DNA of 64,000 bases from Lingula anatina (taxonomy: Eukaryota; Animalia; Brachiopoda). The DNA is taken from contig CM120649.1 in assembly GCA_051362555.1 (NCBI GenBank), forward strand, positions 9,610,001 to 9,674,000, given 5' to 3'. Each line of letters starts with the position of its first letter. Positions within the stretch are counted from its first letter, which is position 1. This document shows positions 26,671-38,182 of this stretch, one piece after another. The notes under the pieces were generated by a model. That model was not told where the DNA came from. It saw only the letters and a list, made by a program, of their open reading frames with translations, and searched no databases. The position numbers and the translations under genes were made by a program.

Positions 26671-28870
26671 GACAGCTTGGCCCCTGTTGCACTAAATTTC
26701 CACAATGCCTATGTATATCCCTTACAATAGCTTTACCTATCACCAAATTTTCAACTTCCTAATCTTAAGGTCTAGGGGGAGATAGGACAAATCATTATGT
26801 GATAAGAATTCAGAATCAACCACCCCCAGGGGCAGTCCAACCCCCTGTTGCACTAAAATTTAGAAATAGCCCCACACATCCCTGATATGTCTTCCAATCA
26901 CCAAAGTTTCAACTTCCTATGTCTAATGATCTAGGAGGAGATAGAGGAAATTACAATGTGAAAAGAATTCAGAAACAACCACCCCCAGGGACAGCCTGTT
27001 GTCAGTTGCAGTCTTAGCCCATCACTTCAAGAAAAAAGGTAAAACAATTTGCAAGATATGACAGCTCACCTTTTCTTTTAGTTGTAAATGACAGCTTACT
27101 GACAATGGATCGGGCAAAACAAAGGTTTGTTCTAGAACATAATTTTGCATTAAAAAAAATTTATGGGAGAAAAAATCAATTTGTTTAAGAGAGACTGAGT
27201 GTCAGAAGTTGGAATGTACAAGGATAGCCAAGTGTAGCACAGATTATCATGTGAAAATTTAATCATGCACCCTCAGGGGCAACCTCAACCCCAGATATAC
27301 AAAATTCCAAAAGGCTTATGCCTTATTCTGATAAAAGGTAGATCAATTTCTGAAATTCCAATTCTGTAATTTTTATAGTCTAAGAAAAGATAGCATATTA
27401 CAATGCAAAAACTTGAAATCAATTACCCCTAGGAGCAGCCCCACCCCCAGGAACACTAAATTCCTGTTCAATTCAATTAGCCAACATCTTTCATGCTTTG
27501 ATTTGATTTATAATACAAATTGTATGGATCTATTACCGTATTGTTAAAAACCTTGCTTTTATTAACTTTACTGTCAATAAACAACCACTTACTTTTGAAA
27601 GATAGCAATATACAATACAATACATTGACGGGCCATCATATCCAGCAAAACCTCACGTGTGATTTTAGAGAGTTCTTCAAACATGTGAGTGTACATTGCA
27701 ATCAATAGCATTCAAAACAAATATGTTAGTTTCTTTGCAAAACATACTTAGTTAGCCAGTAAGTTTTGAGTGACTTAGAGTTTAGATAAGTCAATATTAT
27801 ATTTTATGTGAAACTGTGGCACAATTCTGTAACAAAAAGTATGAAGTCAGTTTTGCCTTAAAGCTTAGTTTACAAAGCTCTGGCCAAGTTGTGTTACACA
27901 AAGAATCTAAAGCTGATCAACAATTAACTAATATATATATTGGCACAAAAATGTATGCCTTGGCACTCCTTAAAATGCATATTAAAATATGTACTGGTAC
28001 TGAATTGGAAAGAAAAACATTCAAGCACTCTTGCATTCGATGACTGGGCTCCATTTGCTGTATAAACTATACCTAGATTGTTCATGTGATAGCACATATA
28101 GAAATATTAATAAAACTTTTATATGGGAGTGCCAAAGTATAAATTTTCTTGCTAATATTAACAATGCTGTGCAGTACTTACTTTCTGTGTCTGTGCTTTA
28201 CTTGTACCAGTATGGTCAGTGGAGAATTTTAGGAGTGTTGATGTGCCTGTGGTGAGATTGTTGTCTGTCATCCACAAATCCTTAGGCAGCCTAATAATGC
28301 AGAAATTGTAAAATGGTGAATTTTCATTTATATGTGTAATATAGGATTTCTTTTTCTTCTAGGCAATGTTTCACACCAAAATAAAATGTCTTTCAAAATT
28401 GGCACACCTCATGTCATGCAAATAACCAGTAGCACAACGAAGAAAATTAAATCATAAATCCTTAACATTATCCTTTTGTCATAATAATATCTTTCAAAGT
28501 TGTGTTTTCAATTTAAAGTGATTGTTTTGGTACCTCTTTTGAAAATAATTTTTAGGCAATGCTTTATTTTACTCAGCAGTTATCAGTTTGGGAAATTTAT
28601 CCTATGGTGATACAAAATTCATATATGGTAACACTTTTAATACAGTGGTTTACGTGTGCTGCCATTGCTTTGGTAAATGTTGGCAGTTCAGTACCAGGAG
28701 TGCTCACAATGACATGATTCTGATAAGTAGATAAAAAATATGCAGTGCAAAGTGCACTCTATAGGCAACTTTAGGTAATACACTCATTAAATTTATTACA
28801 AGATCATTTGCCTTATCTTCTAGATAAGTTACATAAATAAATTCTTTGAAAGCTGTTTCTAATCATTATA

Positions 28871-28872
<2 letters not shown>

Positions 28873-28930
<58 letters not shown>
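28873..28930. repeat. (AT)n microsatellite, left flank of the Penelope-like element
   Basis: About 29 perfect AT units. A matching (TA)n tract lies at 33495-33550 on the other side of the element. Confidence 0.97.
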
Positions 28931-28934
<4 letters not shown>

Positions 28935-29042
28935 AAAAAAAGAACATCAATGAACGGTTTCATTCTTTCTTCAGGGGGTTTTGTTTATTTGTTACTAGGT
29001 GATGTCATAAAGGCTAAAATGTGACGTCTGTAACAATGGGTC

Positions 29043-29645
29043 CACTTCAATGGCAAACATTATCACCAAAAAATAGGAACTGCAATGGGTACAAAAGTAG
29101 CTCCCACTTATACTACACTTGTCTTAGGATACATCGAGAAAGGCCTTTACAAAAAATGCGAAGAACGGTTTGGACTCGAATTTAGGAATCAATTAGAAAA
29201 CACATGGAAACGTTTCCTTGATGACTGCTTTATAATTTGGGACAAAACAGAAAATGAATTGAAAGACTTCAACCTGATCCTTAACAACCTACATCCCTCT
29301 TTACAATTTACGATGGATTCAAATTCAACACAACTCCCATTCCTCGATGTTATGGTAATGTGTGTAAAAGGAAAATAGAGACAGATGTGTATCACAAAAC
29401 AACAGACACAAAACAATATCTCCCTTTTAACTCGTGTCATCCCAGACACATTAAGCACAACATACTGTACAACCTAGCTCGAAGACTATGCACAATTGTC
29501 TCAAATGAAACTACATTAAAACAAAGGCTCAAAGAGCTGGAAGGATTCCTATCAAGGAGACAATACCCAAGACAACTGATACAAACTGGGATTAAAAAGG
29601 CAAAACAGATACCAAAGAACGACCTGAGGACCACCAAAGACAAAA
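29043..29645 (+). pseudogene. Penelope-like reverse transcriptase, C-terminal half and thumb (frameshifted near 29360)
   Basis: HFNGKHYHQKIGTAMGTKVAPTY (motif 4), WKRFLDDCFIIW (catalytic xDD), LHPSLQFT, LPFLDV, then TDVYHKTTDTKQYLPFNSCHPRHIKHNI, typical of PLE RTs. Confidence 0.9.
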
Positions 29646-30271
29646 TTAACAAGGCAGCAAAGCTGTCTAATGTACAGACAAAAAGCAGAAAATAACAATG
29701 CAAACAAGGCAGCAAAGCTGTCAAATGTACAGACAAAAAACAGAAAATAATGATGCAAAATAGGTCATTTTGTCAATTTTGATGCAATAATACATAAATA
29801 ATGCTTATAATAGCACTGTTAGTCAACACTGAATTTTAATCATGCACAACAGGTAACATGGTCAATAACAGGAGCGGACCCAGAGATATTTTCTGGCAGT
29901 ATTCCAAAGTATCTTTATTGATCCATCCTCCATTTTGATGGTCTTCCAACAGAAAAAAAATAAATATCGGTCAATATAAACTTAAAAACCCGACCGTCTT
30001 CCGGAAGACCCAGAAGATGGTCTCAATCCATCTCTTCAATAAGATTACACTTTCAGGACCATATGTTAGAGTTCAAATTCATATGATGAAAGTCCCAATA
30101 TATGAAAAATCATGACAGTGCATAAAATAATATTACACAATGTTTAAAGACATAAAAACCAATAAAACTGCTTATGTGGAAATACAGAAGATATGCAGAG
30201 CCTCCGGCGGAAGGGAGTTTAAAGTCACAAATGCCAGTGTTTGAAAAAAATTAAAAAGGAAAACATAACAA

Positions 30272-30502
30272 AACTAGAAAAGTACTCTGAGAGCGCAGAC
30301 CTCTGCCAAGGCAGCAATTTTTGATAATTATTGATTATTGATAGATTATTGATCTGAACCACCACCAAAAACTAATCATTGTCCTCCTTGACCCACTTCT
30401 GACACTTCCTGAAAATTTCATCAAAATCGGTCCATAACTTTTTGAGTTATGTTGATGACAGACAAACAGGGGTGAAAACATAACCTCCTTGGCAGAGGTA
30501 AA
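30272..30502 (-). mobile_element. Short (~230 bp) HINE of a different family, third nesting level
   Basis: AACTAG end, subTIR ACCTCTGCCAAGG (30299) and terminal palindrome ACCTCCTTGGCAGAGGT (30483-30499). The paralogous empty site is at ~33875-33920 (aaacataacgaaaaattccaataaagctgctattcaaac). Confidence 0.75.
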
Positions 30503-30619
30503 TATAATTCCAATGAAGCTGCTATTCAAACTTTTAATCTTTGAGTTTGATATATATATATATATAATGAGACTGTTAACATGCCTAAGAATTCAATCTG
30601 AAGAAAAACCACTTATATA

Positions 30620-31400
30620 CAAAAAGACTAATAACTTCATCAAAACTTAACTGATCAAGCCTATTTTCAAACTTGACTTGTATATTAGTCAGACTGATCA
30701 CTCCTGTAAGTTTCAAGACAAAAGGCTGATTGGTTTTCCTTAAAATGCGTTATCAGTGTTGCATATATGCTGAATAATGGAAAAAAAAATAGCATAACTT
30801 TAAATTTGTAAAAATAGTCCAATCAAGCCAATTTTCAAACTTGAATATTCATCAGTTCTTTAAGTTTCAGGCCAAAAAGTAAAATGGTTTTCCACTTATC
30901 GTGTAATCGGTGCTGCATATATGCTAAAAAAAGTGAAAAAAACAGCATAAATTCCCTAAAAGTGACCCGATCATGCCAATTTTTTAATTTAACCTGCGTA
31001 TTATGAATATTCATCAGTTCTGTAAGTTTCAAACCAAAGGAAAAAACAGTTTTCCACTTATTGTGTTATCAGTGCTGCATATATGCTGAAAAAAGTGAAA
31101 AAACAGCATAACTTCCCTAAAAGTGACCCGATCATGCTGATTTTCGAACGTGACATGCGTATTATGAAAATTCATCAGTTCTGTAAGTTTCAAGCCAAAA
31201 GGTAAAATGGTTTTCCACTTATCGTGTTATCGGTGCTGTATATATATGCTGAAAAAAGTGAAAAAACAGCATAAATTCCCTAAAAGTGACCCGATCATGC
31301 TGATTTTTTAACTTGACCTGCTGCGTATTATGAATATTCATCAGTTCTGTAAGTTTCAAACCAAAAGAAAAAACAGTTTTCCACTTATCGTGTTATCAGT
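30620..31400. repeat. ~160-bp internal tandem repeats of HINE family A (also at 32110-32570 and 35340-35775)
   Basis: aacagcataa at 30941, 31102 and 31265. Unit ...cccgatcatgctgattttcgaacttgacctgcgtattatgaatattcatcagttctgtaagtttcaagccaaaagg... Confidence 0.9.
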
Positions 31401-32664
31401 AAAAGTGCCGGCGATGGCGACGACGGCGTGATAGACGCAGATGAGGGCTATATGTACAGACACATCTGTGTCTGTACATAAAAATAGGCTACTGTCAATT
31501 CTGATGTAAAAATACATTATGCTTAACTACAAATTCAACATCAAATTTTAATTATGCTCATCAGGTAATACCAATGTAAGTAAAATGTGTAACAAGCATA
31601 AGGCTTCAGGCCCATGGGAGTTCAAGTTCACACTTTGAAAATGCCAGAATGAGAAAAATGAAAATTTCACACAAAATTGCATAAATTCAATAATAAATGA
31701 CAACCCAATTGAGCTGGCTTTCTAATTTGAACTGCATGCCATTTTTAAAACACTTTTTTTAACATAAAACAAAATAAACAGTTTACTACCATTTGTATAT
31801 GATCAACTAAGAAAATTGATGAGATGGGAAAAATGTCAATAGAACAGTGTTTTAAAAATGTCCAATTTCCTCCATTCTGAGATTCTGAAGATAGTAGATG
31901 ATTGAATCTGACAAACTGCAATGATATGAGTTTATTTCCATTTTTGACACTTTATAACATAATACACAATAACAAGTTTACCATCATTTTTACATAATCA
32001 ACTAACAATGTTATAAAGATGCAGGAAATGTCAAACAAACACTTTTACGTATCTCATTAGTTCAATAATGAGAATGTTAACATGCCTAAGAATTGAATCT
32101 GAGGAAATGTGAAAAACAGCATAACTTCTAAAATAATGGCCCGATTATGCTGATTTTCCAACTCGTCCTACATTTTAGTAAGATTGACCAGTCCTGTGAG
32201 TATAATGACAATTTGCCCATCTGTTTTTCTTATATTGTGTTATCAGTGCTGCATATATGCTGAAAAAAGTGAAAAAACAGCATAACTTCCCTTAAAATGG
32301 CTCGATCATGCTGATTTTCGAACTTGACCTGCGTATTATAAATATTCATCAATTCTGTAAGTTTCAAGCCAAAAGGTAAAACGGTTTTTCACTTATTGTG
32401 TTATCGGTGTTATAATAATGCTAAAAAAAGTAAAAAAAAACAGCATAACTTCCCTAAAAATGGCCCGATCATTCTGATTTTCGAACTTGAACTGCGTATT
32501 ATGAATATTCATCAGTTCTGTTAATTTGAATACAAAATGTAAAACGGGATTCCACTTATCGTGTTATTGCTGAGTGCACGGCGACGACGATGGCGGCGAC
32601 GGCCTACGGCGATGACAGACACAGGTGACGGCTATATGTACAGACACATCTGTGTCTGTACATA

Positions 32665-33296
32665 AAAAGGAAGCCATACCGTACATATCAACATATAATC
32701 CAAAAAATCCGGAAGTACACAATGTCATAACTGGAAACTTACCTTTGGTAAAACAAGATGACAAAATGAATGAGATACTAACTGAAATGCAGATTATAAA
32801 GAGTAAGAGACAAAGTCCATCACTTAAGCAAATTTTAACAAAAGCAAAATTTGAAAACAATTCCAGGATAAATGTGGAAACCTCAACAATACGAGTACAG
32901 AAAGGTGAGGTACCCAGGTGCGGCACCTGTCCACTAATTAAAGAGGGGAGCCATCTAACATTTAAAAATGGCCTTACATTTAGAATTAAACACCCATTCA
33001 CCTGCACTAGCTCAAATTTAATTTATGTATTAACTTGCAGTGGATGCGGTGAGAACTATATAGGACAAACTGGAGACACTCTCCGACATAGAATGACCGT
33101 TCACAGACAACAAATAAGACAACCTAAATATCAGTGCATGTCTGTGAGTGGGCACATTAGGGAATGCTCTATGAACAAAAACAAGGACTTTACGGTATTC
33201 CCATTTAATAAATTCACTAGGGAAACAACCCAAACAGAAGGGGAAATGAAAGAAAATCTATTCATTAATAAGTATAAACCTACATTGAATAGATAA
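32665..33296 (+). pseudogene. Penelope-like linker plus GIY-YIG endonuclease domain
   Basis: IPYISTYNP, Cys linker RCGTCPLI, and FTCTSSNLIYVLTCSGCGENYIGQTGDTLRHRMTVH...VSGH...ENLFINKYKPTLN (LIY...YIG motif with conserved R, H, E, N). Confidence 0.92.
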
Positions 33297-33386
33297 TAGC
33301 ATTGGTAAAAGCAACAATGAAACACCCATTGTTACAGATGTCACATTTTAGCCTTTAGGACATCACCTAGTAACAAATAAACAAAA

Positions 33387-33417
33387 CCCCCTGAAGAAAG
33401 AATGAAACCGGTTGGGG
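33387..33417 (+). ncRNA. Minimal type I hammerhead ribozyme motif in the Penelope pLTR
   Basis: CCCC-CTGAAGA-aagaat-GAAA-CCGG-TT-GGGG. This gives stem I CCCC/GGGG, a CUGANGA and GAAA core, a palindromic short stem III and a GUU cleavage triplet. Confidence 0.75.
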
Positions 33418-33488
33418 CAAAATAGCTGATGTTCTTTTTTTTTCTTTTTATTATATATAATATATACTTATACAGGAAAAACACTTAC

Positions 33489-33550
<62 letters not shown>

Positions 33551-33554
<4 letters not shown>

Positions 33555-35856
33555 CTGAGGAGTCCCACAATGAAAATGCCAATATGTGAAAGATAAAAAT
33601 TTCACAAAAATGTACAACAGAATAACATGGTCAATAAGATTACAGTTTCAGGACCATATGTTAGAGTTCAAATTCACATCATGAAAATCCCAATATGTGA
33701 AAAATGATGACAGTGCATAAAATAATATTACACAATGTTTAAAGACATAAAAACCAACGCAACTGCTAATGTGGAAATAGAGAAAATGCACAGCGCTTCT
33801 GGTGGATGGGAGTTAAAGTGACAACTTGAAGATGCTAGTGTTTGAAAAATAATTTTTAAAAAAATGTAAAATAAAACATAACGAAAAATTCCAATAAAGC
33901 TGCTATTCAAACTTTTAATCTAGCTGTATAACTATAAACATGATATGAATAACCCTTTTGAATTCAAGAATAATAAGGCACTGTTATTCATCTTTAGCAT
34001 TGATGTACTAGTAAGCGTTACACAAAATTTTTCTTTTGTAAACTTATTTTCAATATAAAACAACATTTACCTGCATTATTATCATCGATTCCTAATTATG
34101 TGACACAGTTAAGAGAGCTAAACCTATGGGACTTAACAATGAAATCTCAACGTGTTTTATGTAATCTCATTTAATGGCCACTTGAAAATTAATTAAGCAA
34201 ATTACTTTATAACCCTGATTTTAGTTGGTGATCTCCCAAGGGGCAATTATTGCTTTATATAGCACTCTATAGAACTGCATTGCTTCCAAAACAGAAAACA
34301 ATCACACTGATTTTCCATCACAAGCTGCACTTCAGACCTATAAAACTTTTCTGTAAGTTTGAGTATCATAAGTAACATGGTTTACCCTTAATCGCTATCC
34401 TGGCAGCAGTGTCCAAAATAGAGTTTTCTTCAACTTTCATGCAATATAACATAATGCTTAACAGCATAATGACCATCAATTTATAATAATTAAGTAACAG
34501 TATCATGGATATTCAGAAAATATGATTAGCAAAGGTCTTCAAGCCAATAGAACTTCAAAGTCACATCTTGAAAATGTCGTTATGTGAAAATTTTAATTCT
34601 CACAAAAAAACTATTTAATTTCCAGAAAAGTTAATTGATAAAACAGGTTTTTCAACTGAAGCTACATTTTAGTCCTATGCAACTTTTCTGTAAGTTTGAG
34701 AAGAGTAAGTGACATGGTTTTCTTTAAATGGTCACTAATGAGGCAGTGCCCAAAATAGGGTTGTCTTCAACTTTGATGCAATATTACATAATGCTTAACA
34801 GCATAATGACCATCAATTTTTTTTATAAAAAAATAAAAGTATCATGGATATTCAGAAAATGTGATATGGGAAGGTCTTCAAGGCCATGGAACTTCAGAGT
34901 CACTCTTTCAAAATGCCAAAATGTAAACAAGTGATAACTGTACTGAAATTATTTTCTTTCCATTTTCAACACCTTTTTTACATAAAACAAAATAATCAAT
35001 TTACTGCCATTTTTCAGTGATCAACTAGGAAAATTGTGGACATAGGAAAAATATCAATAGAACAATTTTAAATGTCCAATTTGCTCCATTCGGGGATTCT
35101 GAACATAGTGAATGATTGAATCTGACAAACTGTAAAGATATGAGTTTATTTCCATTTTTGACACTTAATTACACAATACACAATAACAGGTGTACTGTCA
35201 TTTTTATATAATCAACTAACAATATTGTTAAGAAGCAGAAAATGTCAAAACAACACTTTTACATATCTAATTAGTTCTATAATGAGACTGTTAACATGCC
35301 TAAGAATTAAATCTGAAGAAAAACCGCTTAATACTAAAAAAGGCATAACTTCATCAAAACTTTACTGAACAAGTTTATTTTCAAACTTGATCTGTATATT
35401 AGTCAGACTGATCTCTCCTGTGAGTTGCAACACAAAAGGCCGATCGGTTTTCCACTTGTGTTATCAGTGTTGCATATATGCTGAAAAAGTGAAGAAACAG
35501 CATAATTTTTATAAAAATGGCCCGATCATGCTGATTTTCGAACTTGTGAATATTCATCAGTTCTTTAAGTTTTAAGCCAAAAGGTAAAATGTTTTTTTCA
35601 TTTCTCGTGTTATCGGTATTGTATATATGCTGAAAAAAGTGAAAAAAACAGCATGACTTCCATAAAAATGGCCCAATCATGCTGATTTTCGAACTTGACC
35701 TGCGTATTATGAACATTCATCAGTTCTGTAAGTTTCAAGTCAAAAGGTAAAACGGTTTTTCACTTATCTTGTTATTGGTGGTGAAAGTGTACGGTGACGA
35801 CGACAGATGCAGGTGATGGCTATATGTACAGACACATATGTGTCTGCACATAAAAA
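33551..35856 (-). mobile_element. HINE family A copy (5' end intact, 3' end missing)
   Basis: Terminal atgtacagacacatatgtgtctgcacataaaaa at 35824-35856. The body is homologous to 30040-30540, 31740-32100 and the reverse complement of 52160-52900. Confidence 0.7.
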
Positions 35857-36886
35857 TGTCTCCAATTACAGCTTAATCAATAAAGGAGAGATTATCATCC
35901 ACCAGCACACGAACAATATGTGGTGCCTGGATATGAAACCAGACAACCTTTGTGTTTTTAATCTCCAAATACTTAAAAAAAAATAAATTAGTTAATAAAT
36001 AGGCCGGGAACAAGAACTTATTAAATCGTATATTTTATATTAATTATTATTAAAGATCATAATAATAAATGAGTCGCATTTCAATGTACTCCATGCTATG
36101 GTCTTTATTTAAAAATAGCAATTTTTTGAGATTACAAATTGCGTCGTATTGTTTAGTTTCATTGCCTCACTTTCAAAAATTAGAACAAGCGCTCCAAAAC
36201 CGGGAGACAAAGTAAAAAAAATATTATACTGGCTAAGTTCGTCCTCGCACAAGAGTGTACTCGCAGCATTATCTGCAATTAACCTTCCTACAATTTTGAA
36301 TGTATTTTGCAATATCAATTTCAATCTGGCCCATGAAGAATTGTATTAATCAAGAGTGAGGGAAGGGGTGGAAAATCCCCTTGGGGCCACATATAACACT
36401 AAAGATGTGAAGGGAATCCCCCAGGCAAAATAAATGTTAATCTTAGGAAAGTCCGATGGATTTGCTTTTTAATACATAAAAGCAACAGAATATTTCTAAT
36501 ATAATTTCTCAAAACAAGTAAAAGCAAATTAAATCAAATCAACCAGACGGTAAACACCGGCAGGCTTTGTCAATTTCGCCATTTGTTCATTTCAAACTGA
36601 GTACTTTTCACGTATGCGCAGTAGTTTGAGACCTGTGCTTGGCCAGATTCATCATATGAAAGTTGAATCATAGAATAAATGAACTCTGTAATCTAGCTAA
36701 ATAAATATAATATCTCTTACCTCTGATGTCGTAGAAATCCCACTATTGTATAAGACTACAGTACTTATATCGTCGGATTTCTGTCTTTCTCCTAGCTGCG
36801 ACTCACTACCGTCTCTCTTTGTCCTTCTCTTTGTTTCATAATTCCCGCTTGTGTCGCTCGTCTTCCGGTCCGAGGTCACTTCTCAA

Positions 36887-37056
36887 GCACTCGGAACTAC
36901 TCGGATGTCTCCGCACTCGACAATGACGAAATGCGGAATGAGCCGAGGATTGCCGATTGCTTCTCAAGAGTGCCAATCGGCACTGATCCTCGGCTGACTC
37001 CGCAAGCTCCATACATTTATTGTCGAGTGCGGAGGCATCCGAATGGTTCTGAGTGC
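36887..37056. repeat. 170-bp GC-rich imperfect hairpin (MITE-like or structured RNA)
   Basis: gcactcggaactactcggatgtctccgcactcgacaat pairs with attgtcgagtgcggaggcatccgaatggttctgagtgc. An inner stem tgcggaatgagccgaggattgccgattgc pairs with gccaatcggcactgatcctcggctgactccgca. Confidence 0.85.
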
Positions 37057-37681
37057 AAGAGTGCAAAACTCTAAAAAAATAAAATAATAATAATAAATAA
37101 ATAAAAAGGCGATTCTTTAAATGTAAGTATTTTGTGACCTTTTCATACATAGATTTATTAAAGTAATGAAATATCGTCCTTGTCAAAAACGTTTAACGCA
37201 AACTGACACTCACCGCTGTGAGTGAGCGTGTTGGGCTTGTCTTGCATAGATGCCGAGGTCGTCTGCTTTCTGCTGTCAAAGCAGCTTGTAATGCATTGTA
37301 TTGTTTAAATCTAGATTTGTTTGAAACGCACTATATTAGTTTCAGCCTGGTACATTTTTAAGTAAACTACTTGTTTAAGGAATTTTTTTATATAAATGGG
37401 CGGACATCGATGTTGGAACAGGCGAATATTGAACGTCTGAGTTGCAAAGAGTTACATGCAGGCGGTGCCCAGTCTACTCCTTTTTCATATGAATTCCAGA
37501 GTAGCTGATGTACAGCAAGTGTGAAAGTGTACAGAAGGATCATGCCAAAAACGATGAAAAGGTAAGTTTTGTTAAGCCACAGGGATAGCAAAATTTCGTC
37601 ATTTTTCAGTTTTTAGAATATTTAATATATCTTATATATGATACGTGAATGCACGAAAGTGTTCCAGAAATTTGGATTTTC

Positions 37682-37720
<39 letters not shown>

Positions 37721-38182
37721 TTTTCTCAAATCGTCTAAATCTGGCGATAAATTTTAAAAAGGTGGGAGTGCTGGTCAGATTGCGCTGAATGGCTACATCC
37801 CTATACTGGTACTTCCCTGCACCGATTTCAAGGGATGTATGTCTAATTTTCGGTTTTTCTAGTTTTCGAAGCAGATTTTCAGTCAGCAGACATGCAACTC
37901 AGTATATATGTTTCCTCCCTGCTCTATATATAGTTATATATAGTTACAGTATACCTGTGTATTTTGTTGGTCAATATTGACTGACTCCTTAAGACATTCA
38001 AACAAAAAATATACCTGTACCCCCCCCCCCAAAAAAAAAAAAAAAAAGTTTGAGCATGGAGATATCAAAGAGTCATATATCCACTAGAAAAGGTCCTCAA
38101 TGGATATTAAACCTGTACATTAGGGAGATAAAATACAAAGGAGATCCTGGTGGCCTTTTATTTTGTTGATGATATATTGTCA

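Larger units (their letters stand above)
1..27736. repeat. Giant inverted repeat (palindrome with a ~5 kb central spacer); probably extends beyond the left edge of the window
   Basis: Position 1 onward (aaagaaactaacatatttgttttgaatgc) is the reverse complement of 27708-27736. Colinear reverse-complement identity runs from 1 to ~3045 against ~24665-27736, with a few substitutions and indels (e.g. 11-bp insertion attgttaagtc near 25038, different poly-G/C lengths). The same ORF translations appear on opposite strands (1968..2162- = 25567..25761+). Confidence 0.97.
29703..31484 (-). mobile_element. HINE family A, inner copy nested ~55 bp from the 3' end of the outer copy
   Basis: Second aacaaggcagcaaagctgtc...atgtacagaca at 29703 and second atgtacagacacatctgtgtctgtacataaaaa at 31452-31484. 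The body matches the reverse complement of 45040-45464. Confidence 0.75.
29648..32668 (-). mobile_element. Non-autonomous Helentron (HINE family A), outer copy, inserted into the Penelope-like ORF
   Basis: Read on -, the 5' end is TTTTT-ATGTACAGACA-cagatg-TGTCTGTACAT (subTIR plus IR). The 3' end is TGTCTGTACAT, hairpin GACAGC-ttt-GCTGCC, then TTGTT. The PLE protein resumes across it (LRTTKDK | KEAIPYISTYNP). No TSD; A/T-run target. Confidence 0.8.
28931..33445 (+). mobile_element. 5'-truncated Penelope-like retroelement (Neptune-like), with an inverted copy of its 3' pLTR at the 5' end, interrupted by nested HINEs
   Basis: RT and GIY-YIG coding fragments on +. 28931-29040 is the reverse complement of ~33325-33445. 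(TA)n tracts flank both sides. Confidence 0.9.

Noticed and set aside
1-27736. Pure fold-back sequencing artefact
   Set aside because: The arms differ by an 11-bp indel and substitutions, and the arrays have distinct variants and lengths. A haplotype mis-join still cannot be excluded without reads.
29189-33325. Minus-strand ORFs overlapping the Penelope element (and those overlapping Gypsy at 58443-59868)
   Set aside because: They are antisense shadows of the true + strand frames, with no recognisable motifs.
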